From positions 20,150,001 to 20,214,000 of the forward strand of contig NC_082736.1 of NCBI RefSeq assembly GCF_030144855.1: DNA of 64,000 nt, given 5' to 3'. Positions 54,250 to 64,000 of the stretch are shown piece by piece. Under the pieces are notes generated by a model that was given only the letters and a program-made list of their open reading frames with translations, ran no database searches and was not told the origin of the DNA. Numbering within the stretch: the stretch's first letter is position 1; every line of letters begins with the position of its first letter. The position numbers and the translations under genes were made by a program. Source of the stretch: Hypanus sabinus (Eukaryota).

Positions 54250-54880
54250 GATACAGGTGATGATCTCAACAGGCTTGCAGGTGAAGTTTTACTTCTCCTG
54301 GAAGGACTATTTGGGTTTCTGAATGGTGGTGCAGGGAAAGGTTTAGCACATGTTCCGATTTTAGGGATGTGCCAGCAGTGAGATCAATGGAGAGGGATGA
54401 ATGGAGAATGGAATCACGGAGAGAATGATCCCGCCTGTAAGTGGAGAGTGGGGTGGGTGGAAGGATGTGTTTAGTGCTGGAATCCCTTTCAAGGTCGTGG
54501 ACATTATGTAAAACGTTGTGCTGGACAGAAGCGCACGGGAGGTGGTAAGTAAGGACAAGGGGAACTGTAACCGTGTTACGGCAGTGAGAAAATGGGGTAA
54601 GGGCAAATTTCTGAAAAATGGAGGGGATATAAGAGGGTGAGAGCAGCAGCAATGAGAGAGGAAGGGAAACCTCGTTCTTTGAAGAAGGAAGACATCGCTG
54701 ATATTCCGGCAAGGAAAGCTTCATCCTGGGAACAGATGTGATGGAGACGTATAAAATGGGCAGCATTTGCACAAAGGACAGGCTGGGAAGAGCTAAAGTC
54801 AATATAGCCGTGAGAGTCAGTAGGTTTATAGAAAGGTATCACTGGCCAATCTGTCTCCAGAGATGGAGGCAGTGGTATTG
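54250..54880 (-). mobile_element. Penelope-like RT C-terminal region fragment
   Basis: FYKPTDSHGYIDFSSSQP...FFKERGFP; VPLVLTYH; RRDHSLRDSILHSSL. Confidence 0.8.
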
Positions 54881-55269
54881 AGAAATCAGAGAGAGGTGAA
54901 TATGAAGTGACTGGAGGGATATGGATGATAAACAGAAGAACATTTAATATGAATTGGCATCAATTTTAGTACATTATCATGGGCCGAATGGCCTTCCCTT
55001 TGCTGCATTTTTTTGTTTGTTCCATATTCCAAGAAAGGGAACATGAAATGTCATGAGTGAGATTAAGAACATTCAATGGTATATTTATATAGTTTTGAAA
55101 AAAGGATGGGTGCCATAGAGTATGTAGGACCTCTCAATAACAAACGAGGAAATTTCTGCCAGAAGCCAAAGTAAGTGGGGTGAGATACTAAATAAGTACT
55201 TTTCGTCTTTGTTTTGGCGGAGGGAATTTAATGCAGGAAGTGTGAGGTGTTGTATATACATTTCACAAT

Positions 55270-56240
55270 GCTGTATTCCACCTGCTACTTGTCCATTCTT
55301 CTAATTTTTCTAATTCCTACTACAATCGCATTGTTTCCTCAGCATTATCAAACCCCTCCACCTATCTTCATATCATCCGCAAACAAAGCCATCAATTCCA
55401 TTATCTAAATCGTTGACAAACTATGTGAAAAGCAGCAGACTCAATACTGACTGAACACCATTAGTGTCCAGCAGCCAACCAGAAAAGGCCCGTTTTATTC
55501 CCACATTACCTCCTGCCTGCCAGCCATTCCTCTATCCCTGCTCGTATCTTTCCTGTAACGTCATAGGACTTTATCTTGATAAGCAGCCTCATGTGTGGCA
55601 CCTTATAAAACACCTTCTGAAATTCCAGGTAAATGAAGTCCACTGCCTCTCCTTTGTCCATCCTGCTTGTTACTTCCTCGAAGAACTCTAGCAGATTTGT
55701 CAGGCAAGATTTCCCCAGGCAGACTTTGAATTATTTTATCATTGGTCTCGAAGTACCTCGGAACCTCATCCTTAATAATATACTCCAACACTTCCCCAAC
55801 AACTGAGGTTAGGCTAACTGAGCTATATTTCCCTTTCTTTTGCCTTCCACCTTTATTAACGAGTGCAGTGACATTCCCAATGCTCCATTCCTCCGGCACC
55901 ACGCCAGAATCAAGTGATTCTTGAAAGATCATTGCCAATGCATCCGTCATCTCTTGAGAACCTCTCTCAGGACTCTGGGATGTCCCCCACCTGTCGCAAG
56001 TGGTATATCCACCTTAAGGCCTTTGAGTTTGCCTGGCACTTTTTCCTTTGTACTAGCAATGTCAATCACTCCTGTTCCGTGACGCCACAGACTTACAGCA
56101 CACTGCTAGCGTCTTCCGCAGTGAAGAAACAAGCAAAGTAGCCATGAAGTTCTTCTGCTTTTTCTTTGTTCCCCATCACTAACGCTCCAGAATAATGTTC
56201 CTGTGGTCCAATATCACCACTCTTTTACTCTTTATAAAAC
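55270..56240 (-). mobile_element. CR1 LINE fragment
   Basis: IFQESLDSGVVPEEW...VSLTSVVG. Confidence 0.8.
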
Positions 56241-56681
56241 GGGAAAAAAACCGGGAAAAAAACTCTTTATATAGCCGTCATATCAGCATCGGTCGATGAC
56301 TTTGCAGGAGACTGAGGTACTGACTGCCTCCAGTGGTGTATGACATCAATCGATCACCATTCCCGAGCAGCTTTCTGACTCGGGTCACTCCGATTCCTCG
56401 CTCTGATGCAGTTCCTGGTATGTCCGGGTGAGGTCGCCATCCTCCGACAGACCGGAGAAGTACACCACCCAGTGAATAATCAAACCGGAATCAATGAGAG
56501 AAGTTCGTTCGGAATCTTCGAGCGCAGTAGGTGACTGAATGGCTGAAGAAACCTGAGACACTTTCTATGGGAAGGACAGGAGTGAAAGGCTCCAGTGTTG
56601 CAGTCAACAAAAATCAAAATAATTCTGTTTACCCTTTTCTTTTCTTGTATATACATGGCAGTGGTAAATATCAATTCCAGT

Positions 56682-56752
56682 ACCTCGTTAGAATAGCGTT
56701 AGTATCCCCGCCTGTCACGCGGGAGACCAGAGTTCAATTCCCCGACGGGGTG
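56682..56752 (+). tRNA. tRNA-Asp(GTC), degenerate, probable pseudogene
   Basis: acctcgttagaatagcgttagtatccccgcctGTCacgcgggagaccagagttcaattccccgacggggtg; D-loop GG lost; two T-stem mismatches; T-run downstream. Confidence 0.8.
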
Positions 56753-57059
56753 ATGGTAGTTTTACTCTATTATTTTTCAAGAGGAATAATGAATTTGAAA
56801 AAGTAATTGCGGACAAGCATTCGGTATTGAAGCGATCAGTTCTTTTGATATTGGAAAGGTGGAATAGCCCGGCTGCTGTGAGCTCGAGACACGGTGGATC
56901 GCAGAAGAGAGAGACATTGGGTTCAACCTCTTTCCTCAAATATCACCCGAGAGACTGTAGCTCAGCACCATTCGTTGTTACACTCAGTGACAGAGTCCAT
57001 CACTCCGAGCACATTTAAACCGTTGTTTTAGTTGTCAGCTATCAGCTCCCGCATGGTCC

Positions 57060-57230
57060 CACCACTTTACTAAAGTTACTGACCAATATCAGACCTGATG
57101 TAGAGTCTCGGTCCGAAACGTCGACTGTTTATTCTTTTCCATCGATAATGTCTATAATGCTGAATTCCTTCAGCATTTTGTGTGTGTTGCTTGGATTTCC
57201 AGCATCTGCGGATTTCGCTTGTTTGTGACC
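57060..57230 (+). mobile_element. Penelope-derived short element with a hammerhead remnant
   Basis: ctgatgtagagtctcggtccgaaacgtcgactg followed by cagcattttgtgtgtgttgcttggatttccagcatctgc. Confidence 0.7.
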
Positions 57231-57599
57231 AATATTAAACGTCACCCTAGAACTCGTCATTTGCATCCTCAAATTGTTTTAGTATGCAAATGGCTCCAGT
57301 TACCCTGCTATACAAAGTGGAACCAGGGCCTTTAACGACCTTTCTTGGCGAGGTTGGCTGCACACTATCTGTAAACTTTCCTTGCCAAGGCGCGACATTA
57401 ACTTGACTTGCTGTAACTTCCACACTCCCCACTTCACTTTCGTCTTATAAAAGACAGCATGGATTGTGGCTGCAGTTGAACTGCACAGAGAATTCGGGTG
57501 ACCTCAGTGATCTTGACATCGACTATCTGAAGAGGAGGATTGCTGAGCTATAACGGAGGCAGCTGTTCTTTAAACCATCACTTCAGCGAGTGCTCTCAG

Positions 57600-58960
57600 G
57601 AAAGACATTAGAACAAATTTCAAAACCGGCAAGAATATAACCCTTGCCCACTGTACACTGGAGTTGCATAAACTTACTAGCAGGTAATGAAGCTAATCAA
57701 ATGGATTCCAGAGGTGATGATAGACTGGCGTGTCTCTCCTGCCCAAACTTCTTAACCTTCTAACGGGATCTTCACGATTAAATTTGTCGGTGTTCCCAGA
57801 TATAGCCAGGGTGTTTGTGGATCATTCCAGGCAATGATGGCACAACTACCTCCACTCTCTGCCAACAGAAAGTTTAATGCTGTTCAGTTTTGAAAGGCCA
57901 CATTGCAGCTTTCTGCCACCTTGTCAGAAACGTCTTTGGTGATCAGACTTGTTTCATACAGGATTATGACTGTGTTGTTAGCCAATTGCTGCAACAGTGG
58001 GTCCATATTGATTCTCTCAGGCGTCCGTCTGGTAGGTCTCCAGAACAGGAACACTACAATCCAGTAACGCTCATCATTCTCCTTCATCCTTCAATGCTGG
58101 CAGGGGTTACATATTTGCTGCTACGTACGCCAAAGAACAATAACCCCTTGACAGCTTTTGTTCAGGGCAAAGACCCAATTTAAAGGCAAAGCGGATATCC
58201 TTGACAAACAACAGTAGGCCTGCCAGCCAATACTGTAAGTGTCATTACCAGAAGTTGTTGGATCACTGGTGACATAGACATTGCACGTACTGTTACCTAA
58301 ATCTGAACCCATTACTCCGTAATTGCAATAACAGACTTCACCCTTATCCGTATGAAGCATCTTCAGAGCAGAAGATGTATGCAGTCCATTATGAGCAGTT
58401 TAATGCTATCGGTCCATTGGCAAGTGTAATTTCTCTGGCCAGTGCTGCCTTCACAGCTCTGATCATGTTATCGAAGTGGAAAGCAGAATCAAACTCAGTA
58501 CAATTGAGGGGTAACCCACCTTCCGAATGAATGCCCCCCCCTACAGCACACTCAACAACTTGACCATTTAGTAACAAAATGTTTTCATAACTCAGGGTCA
58601 TGTTCTTTGAGTGGAGCAGGAGCTGTGTCGCCCCATCTTTGACATGATGTGCAGAAGCCACATATCCACTGACATTTTCCCAGTATCACATCGGGAGAAG
58701 AAGCCGTCAGGGCCAAAAATTAACACATGGGCTTAGGAGGCATTTTACAACTGGCAGAATTATATAATTGAACAAGTTCTGCAGTACAATTTGGGATAAG
58801 ATTGTTTAAAGCAAACTTTGCTGTCGGTGGTGGTAGTGATAGTCGAGACTGAAAATGAGCTTCATCACATCTGCCTTGGCACTGAGGGCATCTCTGAGCT
58901 CAGTAGCCAGGCTGTCCATAAACAAAGTGCACCTTTCACTGACGTCTCAATCTTTTACCC
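57600..58960 (-). pseudogene. env: Endogenous retrovirus env (class I, gamma-type TM) remnant
   Basis: LQQLANNT heptad, immunosuppressive domain VAFQN*TALNFLLAESGGSCAII, Cys-rich SU pieces (CYCNYG..LGNSTC, GWQAYCCL); PPT-like gaaagtgaagtgggag followed by TG at ~57424. Confidence 0.75.
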
Positions 58961-59726
58961 CTACTGTGTCCATTACCAACATCCCCATGTTTGATGAAGT
59001 GAATAAAGGAACTGCACAATCCATACATTTAGAATGGTTTGTTTGTTTATTTATTTATTGCTAAATAACGCTATGCATTCTTGAAAACAGAAATAGTACC
59101 AGTCACAAGTGGGTGATAACTCAAGTGCTGGTAAAGCAGGTAAAGTTGAAGCTAAATTTAGAAGGGAATTGTAAATAGAATTTAATCTAGTAATGATCAG
59201 CAACAATGGGATCACTGTCATTTTTATTAAATATAAAACAATACAAGTTAAAATAACATTCCAATTGTATATGGAAGCTGTCACAATATGTTTATACAAC
59301 ATTCGATGTTAATGAGAGACAATGGTAGAGTGGTCCAGGGGGTCCCCAATCCTCACATTCCCTTAACATTTTGAATCACTTGATTTCATGTGGAATTATT
59401 ATAAACATGACAGAATTTTACCTACCTCTTTTCATCTCGAACAAGTAACATTCTACTTTTTCCGGAACCGGGCCTATGACTCTTTTACAATAACATTCAT
59501 TACGTTAGAGTAAATCTGTGTCCTCCTGAAATACCTTGTAAGCGTACTTTACAAATTCATTCATTCATCTGCTTCTTTTTTGCAATACTGTGTATTCTAT
59601 GTTAACATTAAGTGTGAAGGAAACACTTCATTTCATATTACCATATTACCATATTAGTTGAGAGTGAATGAAAGTCACCATATCGCTCATTCTCTCACAG
59701 TGCTATTGAGAGCCTCTGACTGGGGT

Positions 59727-60180
59727 TTACACCAGCCTCATCAAGTACTCAGGGGTACTACTTGGGTGAGTTTTGTTGTAACTGTGCCTGGGGGATGCAG
59801 AGGTACAGAGAATTGTAGACATCATCACCTCCTCAGTCTCTGGAACCAGGTGTTTCTTGTTAGACACTGTGGTAGACTGTTCTTTCTTTGCCTTTTCATT
59901 CTCTAACCTTAATTCGCATTCTCTGCTCCTACTGCGAGAATCAACCAACTATTTTCGCATTTCACTCTTCCAGTGAACAATCACAGGGCACTTAACCGTT
60001 TTCTCCCATTTCTCTCCTTCCATCTGCACTTCTGCAAGCACTCTCTTCTTCCATTCCACTCACTTCTAAACATGTTTCATACTTTCTGCTCCATAACACA
60101 CGCCACCTGAGTTTTCTCAAGTGACCAGGACAGGGACTCTCACGTAACCATTCAGACACACAATCAAGGCAATTACTCAT
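59727..60180 (-). pseudogene. Possible gag-like remnant of the same ERV
   Basis: Same strand and upstream of env; broken charged ORFs (MSNCLDCVSEWLRE...); no diagnostic motif. Confidence 0.3.
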
Positions 60181-61444
60181 ACTTCAGAATTCACTTTCTT
60201 ACAGAATCGCTTCTTTCGTACATCATGGAATCGAATCTAGCGCAAGGAACTCTCTATCCATCATGAGGCAATAGGATTCAATCCAACATGAGGCACCCAC
60301 TTTCCCTGTTGACTCATGAGATCCAGTCCGGTCCGAGGCAGCTACTATTTCCATTTGTTCACTCAATAGATTCAAGCCCATCTGATGCTCCTGTGTTACT
60401 GTTGCAGATTTTCTACATTTGACAAAGGTGATGGGCTACTCCACACAGGAGCAATTCTGTGTGAGGACTGATCAACTAGTGGGGTTGAATTCCTTTCTAA
60501 TGTACAATAATTCAAGGGTTCGGTATTCAGTACAAGTATGTATACATTATGCAACCTCGAGATTCCTCTCCTAACGAGCTGCCACAAAAACAGGGACGCC
60601 CCCTCTCAAAGCATAGAAATAAGAAGACCGTCATCACCCAATGTCAGAGAGAACACAAACGCAAGCAAACACCATTCTGAACTGAATTCCGCTAGCGAGC
60701 CCACAGTTCAAAGCAGAGCCGAGTGAACTTGGGGAACATTGATATGAGAGCCTTGGCACCCTGATATTTTCAGTTTGGTCTGGCACCTCAATCGATGGCC
60801 AAACTTCGGGTCTCGATACGCTCTGGGGCCTGGACCTCGTCGCCTCGATCTGATTCCCAATTCAGCACGGCGATTAAGTTTCCGTCCAAACATCGAGTTC
60901 AGTGGAATCGGTATGCGCTGGTGGCCGAGCGTCATCACCTCCTTTCGGCCTTTGGCACGGCGCTGAAATTGATCGAACCTTGAGTCCGTTTCCCTCTTGG
61001 CCTCCTCACCTTGCTTCGGTTCTGCCACTGCGAATTACCTGAATGATTTAAGGGAAATTACAGATTATTACTTACAGTAATCGTTAGCCAGAAAAAGTTG
61101 AATTAACAGACATGTATTTCGTGCTTCATTAGTCACCAGCCAGAAATCGCTTAAATTCACCATCACCATCTTAAATCCGTTTCGAATCAACACCCACTGA
61201 GATTATCCTGAAGTCACCCATAGTGATAACCCTGTTTTTGTTCCTTCCTATAATCTGTCTCAGTGACTGATGGAGATGAGGGTGTGTAACATAATCCCAT
61301 CAGGTTGTTTGCCCGTCCTTAATTTTGTAGCCTCACTCTTAATGCTTCTCACATTCAACTGAACACATTTCAATCCATCTGTCCTGCCGTTTATATCCTC
61401 GAGCTCCTGCCCATCCATCACACAGTATTACTGAGCATGGCAAC

Positions 61445-63290
61445 TAATTTAGATTCAATCCCTCCATTCAGTGACTGGTGTTCTGGTTCACATCTCCTTT
61501 CAATATCGTTTCAACCCTCCCGGGGAGCAGTAATGAACTTTATTATACTGACCCTCCTCCAGTGAAGGTGCAAACTATCACTTTTGTACATGTCATCACT
61601 GCACCAGGAGGACTCCCAGTGCTGGGTGGGACCCCAAATGGAGATCACGGGCTGAGGCTGGTTGGTGATAAAGTTTAATGAGAACACAAAGGGATTTTTT
61701 TCTCTCAGATGTGGGTGCTGGAACGATGTCAACTGTTAAGAGAAGTTTAAGTAGGTGCATAGTTCGTAGGAGTATGGAGGGATATGTTCCCAGTGCAGGT
61801 CGATAGGAGTGAGCAGATTAAAGGATTTGGCGCAGATTAGATGGACCGAATGACTTGTTTCAGTGCTATACTTTTCTATGGCGATATGAATCTATGATCC
61901 AAAATCCTGAACCTCTGCCCCTGCACCAGCTCTTCGGTCACTCATTCATCTGCTCTAACTTTCTCTTCCTACCCCCACTACCACACGGTACTGGGAGTCA
62001 CCCGGAGATTACAACCCTTCAAGTTCCGCTCTTTAACTTATTCCCTAACTCTCTATATTCACAGTACAGGGCATCATCTCTTTTCTATCTGTCCATTGTT
62101 ACCGACGTGAACCACCACCTCCGGCTGAATAAACGCTGACCCCCTTGAGAAATTTCTCTAGCTGCTCGGAGACGTCCCTGACCCGGGCACCAGGGAGGGG
62201 ACACTCCGGTTTATGATGGTGCTGGTGATGTAAAGCGATCACTTGTCGGTATCAAACAAAACCACAAACTACTTTATGAATCACACATTCTCAGCGAAAC
62301 GATCACTGTAATCAAAATGCTGTTGCTTGCAATTCGGAGTTGAGTTTTCAATCGCCTAAACGAACTGGAATGTTTTTCGGTGTGAACTGCAGTTTTGAAC
62401 CCGCGGGATAGTTGTGCGTGGCGCATACGGACCGAATCGAGGCGATGGGGCCCGGGCCGGAGAGTGGAGAATGAGACAATTTTTGGCCGCTCCTGGAGCA
62501 GACTTGGAGGTCATTCGATGTGACAGAGCTGAGGCGAGACAAGCGGACGTAAAGCAGAGTATTGCCTGACCTGGCTTTTACCCACTGAGCCCCAGAGCCA
62601 CTCCCAGCTCCTCAGCTTCTCCTTCATTCTGAGGAAAGCAAAGCCAAACCATCCAGTCCCACCTCATCACGGAAAGGCCACATGCCGGACAACATCCTGG
62701 TGAATCTGCTCTACACTGTCAGGGAGGTTCATTGCTGCTACCATGGGATTGGCGGGGAGAGCGGGACCAGAGCACCAGGTCACAGATCACAGTGCAATCA
62801 TGTTCTTCCTACAGTGTCTCGCCCAGAACTGCACACTGTATTCCAGCGGTGTGGGAAACCAAATATTAGCAAGCTGGTGCCTGACACTTCTTTGTTAATC
62901 TAATATCTCTTTATTTTCTGTCAATAATTACCACACCACCCAATAGACTCACTGTTCTTAACTAAAAATGTCAGCGAGAAATCAGCTAATATTAGAAATC
63001 GTTTGCATTAACATTGTCCTGATGAGGGTTCTACCCAAATCGGCGTTTATTTCTAACCTCCCATCGACAGTCCAGTAGACCATTTTATATGTCTGTTTGG
63101 TTTTATATCTCGCTCTTTATTTTCCTTTTAAAATATTTGTTATTTTCCTTCCCGTGCGTCCCCGTGTGGAGATGAGACTTTCCCCACACATACCCTCCAC
63201 ACCACCACCCCGCCCCCCAGTCGAGCATTTTTCATGAATTATTTGTATCATTTGAAGGCTTCTCATTAGCTGCTCTGATTGACAGTTTAT
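61445..63290 (+). repeat. Old segmental duplicate of ~16650-21120
   Basis: Colinear matching blocks: 61445/16650, 61900/16865, 62680-62960/19485-19745, 63090/20706, 63228-63285/21047-21114. Confidence 0.8.
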
Positions 63291-63659
63291 TCGGACCCCA
63301 TTCTTCGCACTGGTGTTATGTCTAACAACAGGGTATTGTTTTTTTTTCTTTTCGGCCAGTCATTCAGAGTGGTGGTGGATTGTGAAGAAATGTCATCAGA
63401 ATTTACAGACGCCTCACAGCCCGGAATGTGTTGTTTGTCCAATATTGATTAATCTGAGGATTAACAATATATCGATGGTGTTGGGCCTGGGCTTAGATTG
63501 GCTTTATGTACAGATGATGGGGTCTGTAGAAAAGGGGTTGCAATACTGCCTATGTGGTAAGGTCTGAACTAGCAGTGTTAACAGCAATGGAAGAATAGTC
63601 TTTGGACTGGGTTTTAAATTTTCTGTGTCTAAATCAAAATGTGTGTGTTTTTCAAAAGC

Positions 63660-63880
63660 AAACACGAGGAAAACTGCAGTTGCTGGAAATTCAAGCAGCA
63701 CACACAAAATGCTGGTGGAACACAGCTGGCCAGACAGCATCTATAAGGAGAAGCACTGTTGACGTTTCGGGCCGAGACTCTTCGTCAGGACTAACTGAAA
63801 GGGAAGATAATGGACAGTGCTTCTCCTTATAGATGCTGCCTGGCCTGCTGTGTCCCATCAGCATTTTGGATGTGTGTGTT
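63660..63880. mobile_element. Foldback element with a minus-strand hammerhead motif
   Basis: Inverted arms around the reverse complement of agtc-CTGACGA-agagtctcggccc-GAAAC-GTC. Confidence 0.75.
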
Positions 63881-64000
63881 TTACTCGGAAACATGGTGCG
63901 GATTATATTCACCTTACAGTGTATGAGAGTTTGCTGTCTGGTGTTCCTGTGCTTAAATATATCGTTCCTAGGCTGATATGGAGAGCATATGTGTAACACT

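Noticed and set aside
56260-56540. Possible box C/D snoRNA or other ncRNA in CpG-rich DNA upstream of the tRNA
   Set aside because: No convincing RTGATGA box or terminal stem
62200-62600. CpG-rich stretch as a gene or tRNA
   Set aside because: No cloverleaf, credible ORF or recognisable motif set found by eye

Overview
Vertebrate genomic DNA, most likely a cartilaginous fish such as a ray (inferred from the CR1, Rex1, Penelope and Tc1 repeat content and the histone tail sequences). The window holds a decaying replication-dependent histone cluster. H2B (3730-4104) and H2A (14261-14644) are intact. A second H2B is 5'-deleted, H1 is frameshifted, and H3.2 and H4 each carry a single Gln-position TAG stop. 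An orphan H2A promoter and an orphan histone-type 3' processing element remain. The cluster is interspersed with a C2H2 zinc-finger remnant, a degenerate tRNA-Asp, paralogous CpG-rich promoters, many CR1/Rex1/Nimb-like LINE fragments, Penelope-like elements and their hammerhead-bearing foldback derivatives, a Tc1 transposon and a decayed class I ERV (env). The most unusual object is an LTR element at 9864-11275 with a 4-bp TSD. It carries an inverted cassette: LTR end, a perfect tRNA-Pro primer-binding site, and an open ORF built from two distant pieces of sarcomeric (MYH16-like) myosin rod, which looks like host mRNA capture. All homology calls are by eye or from memory; no searches were run.
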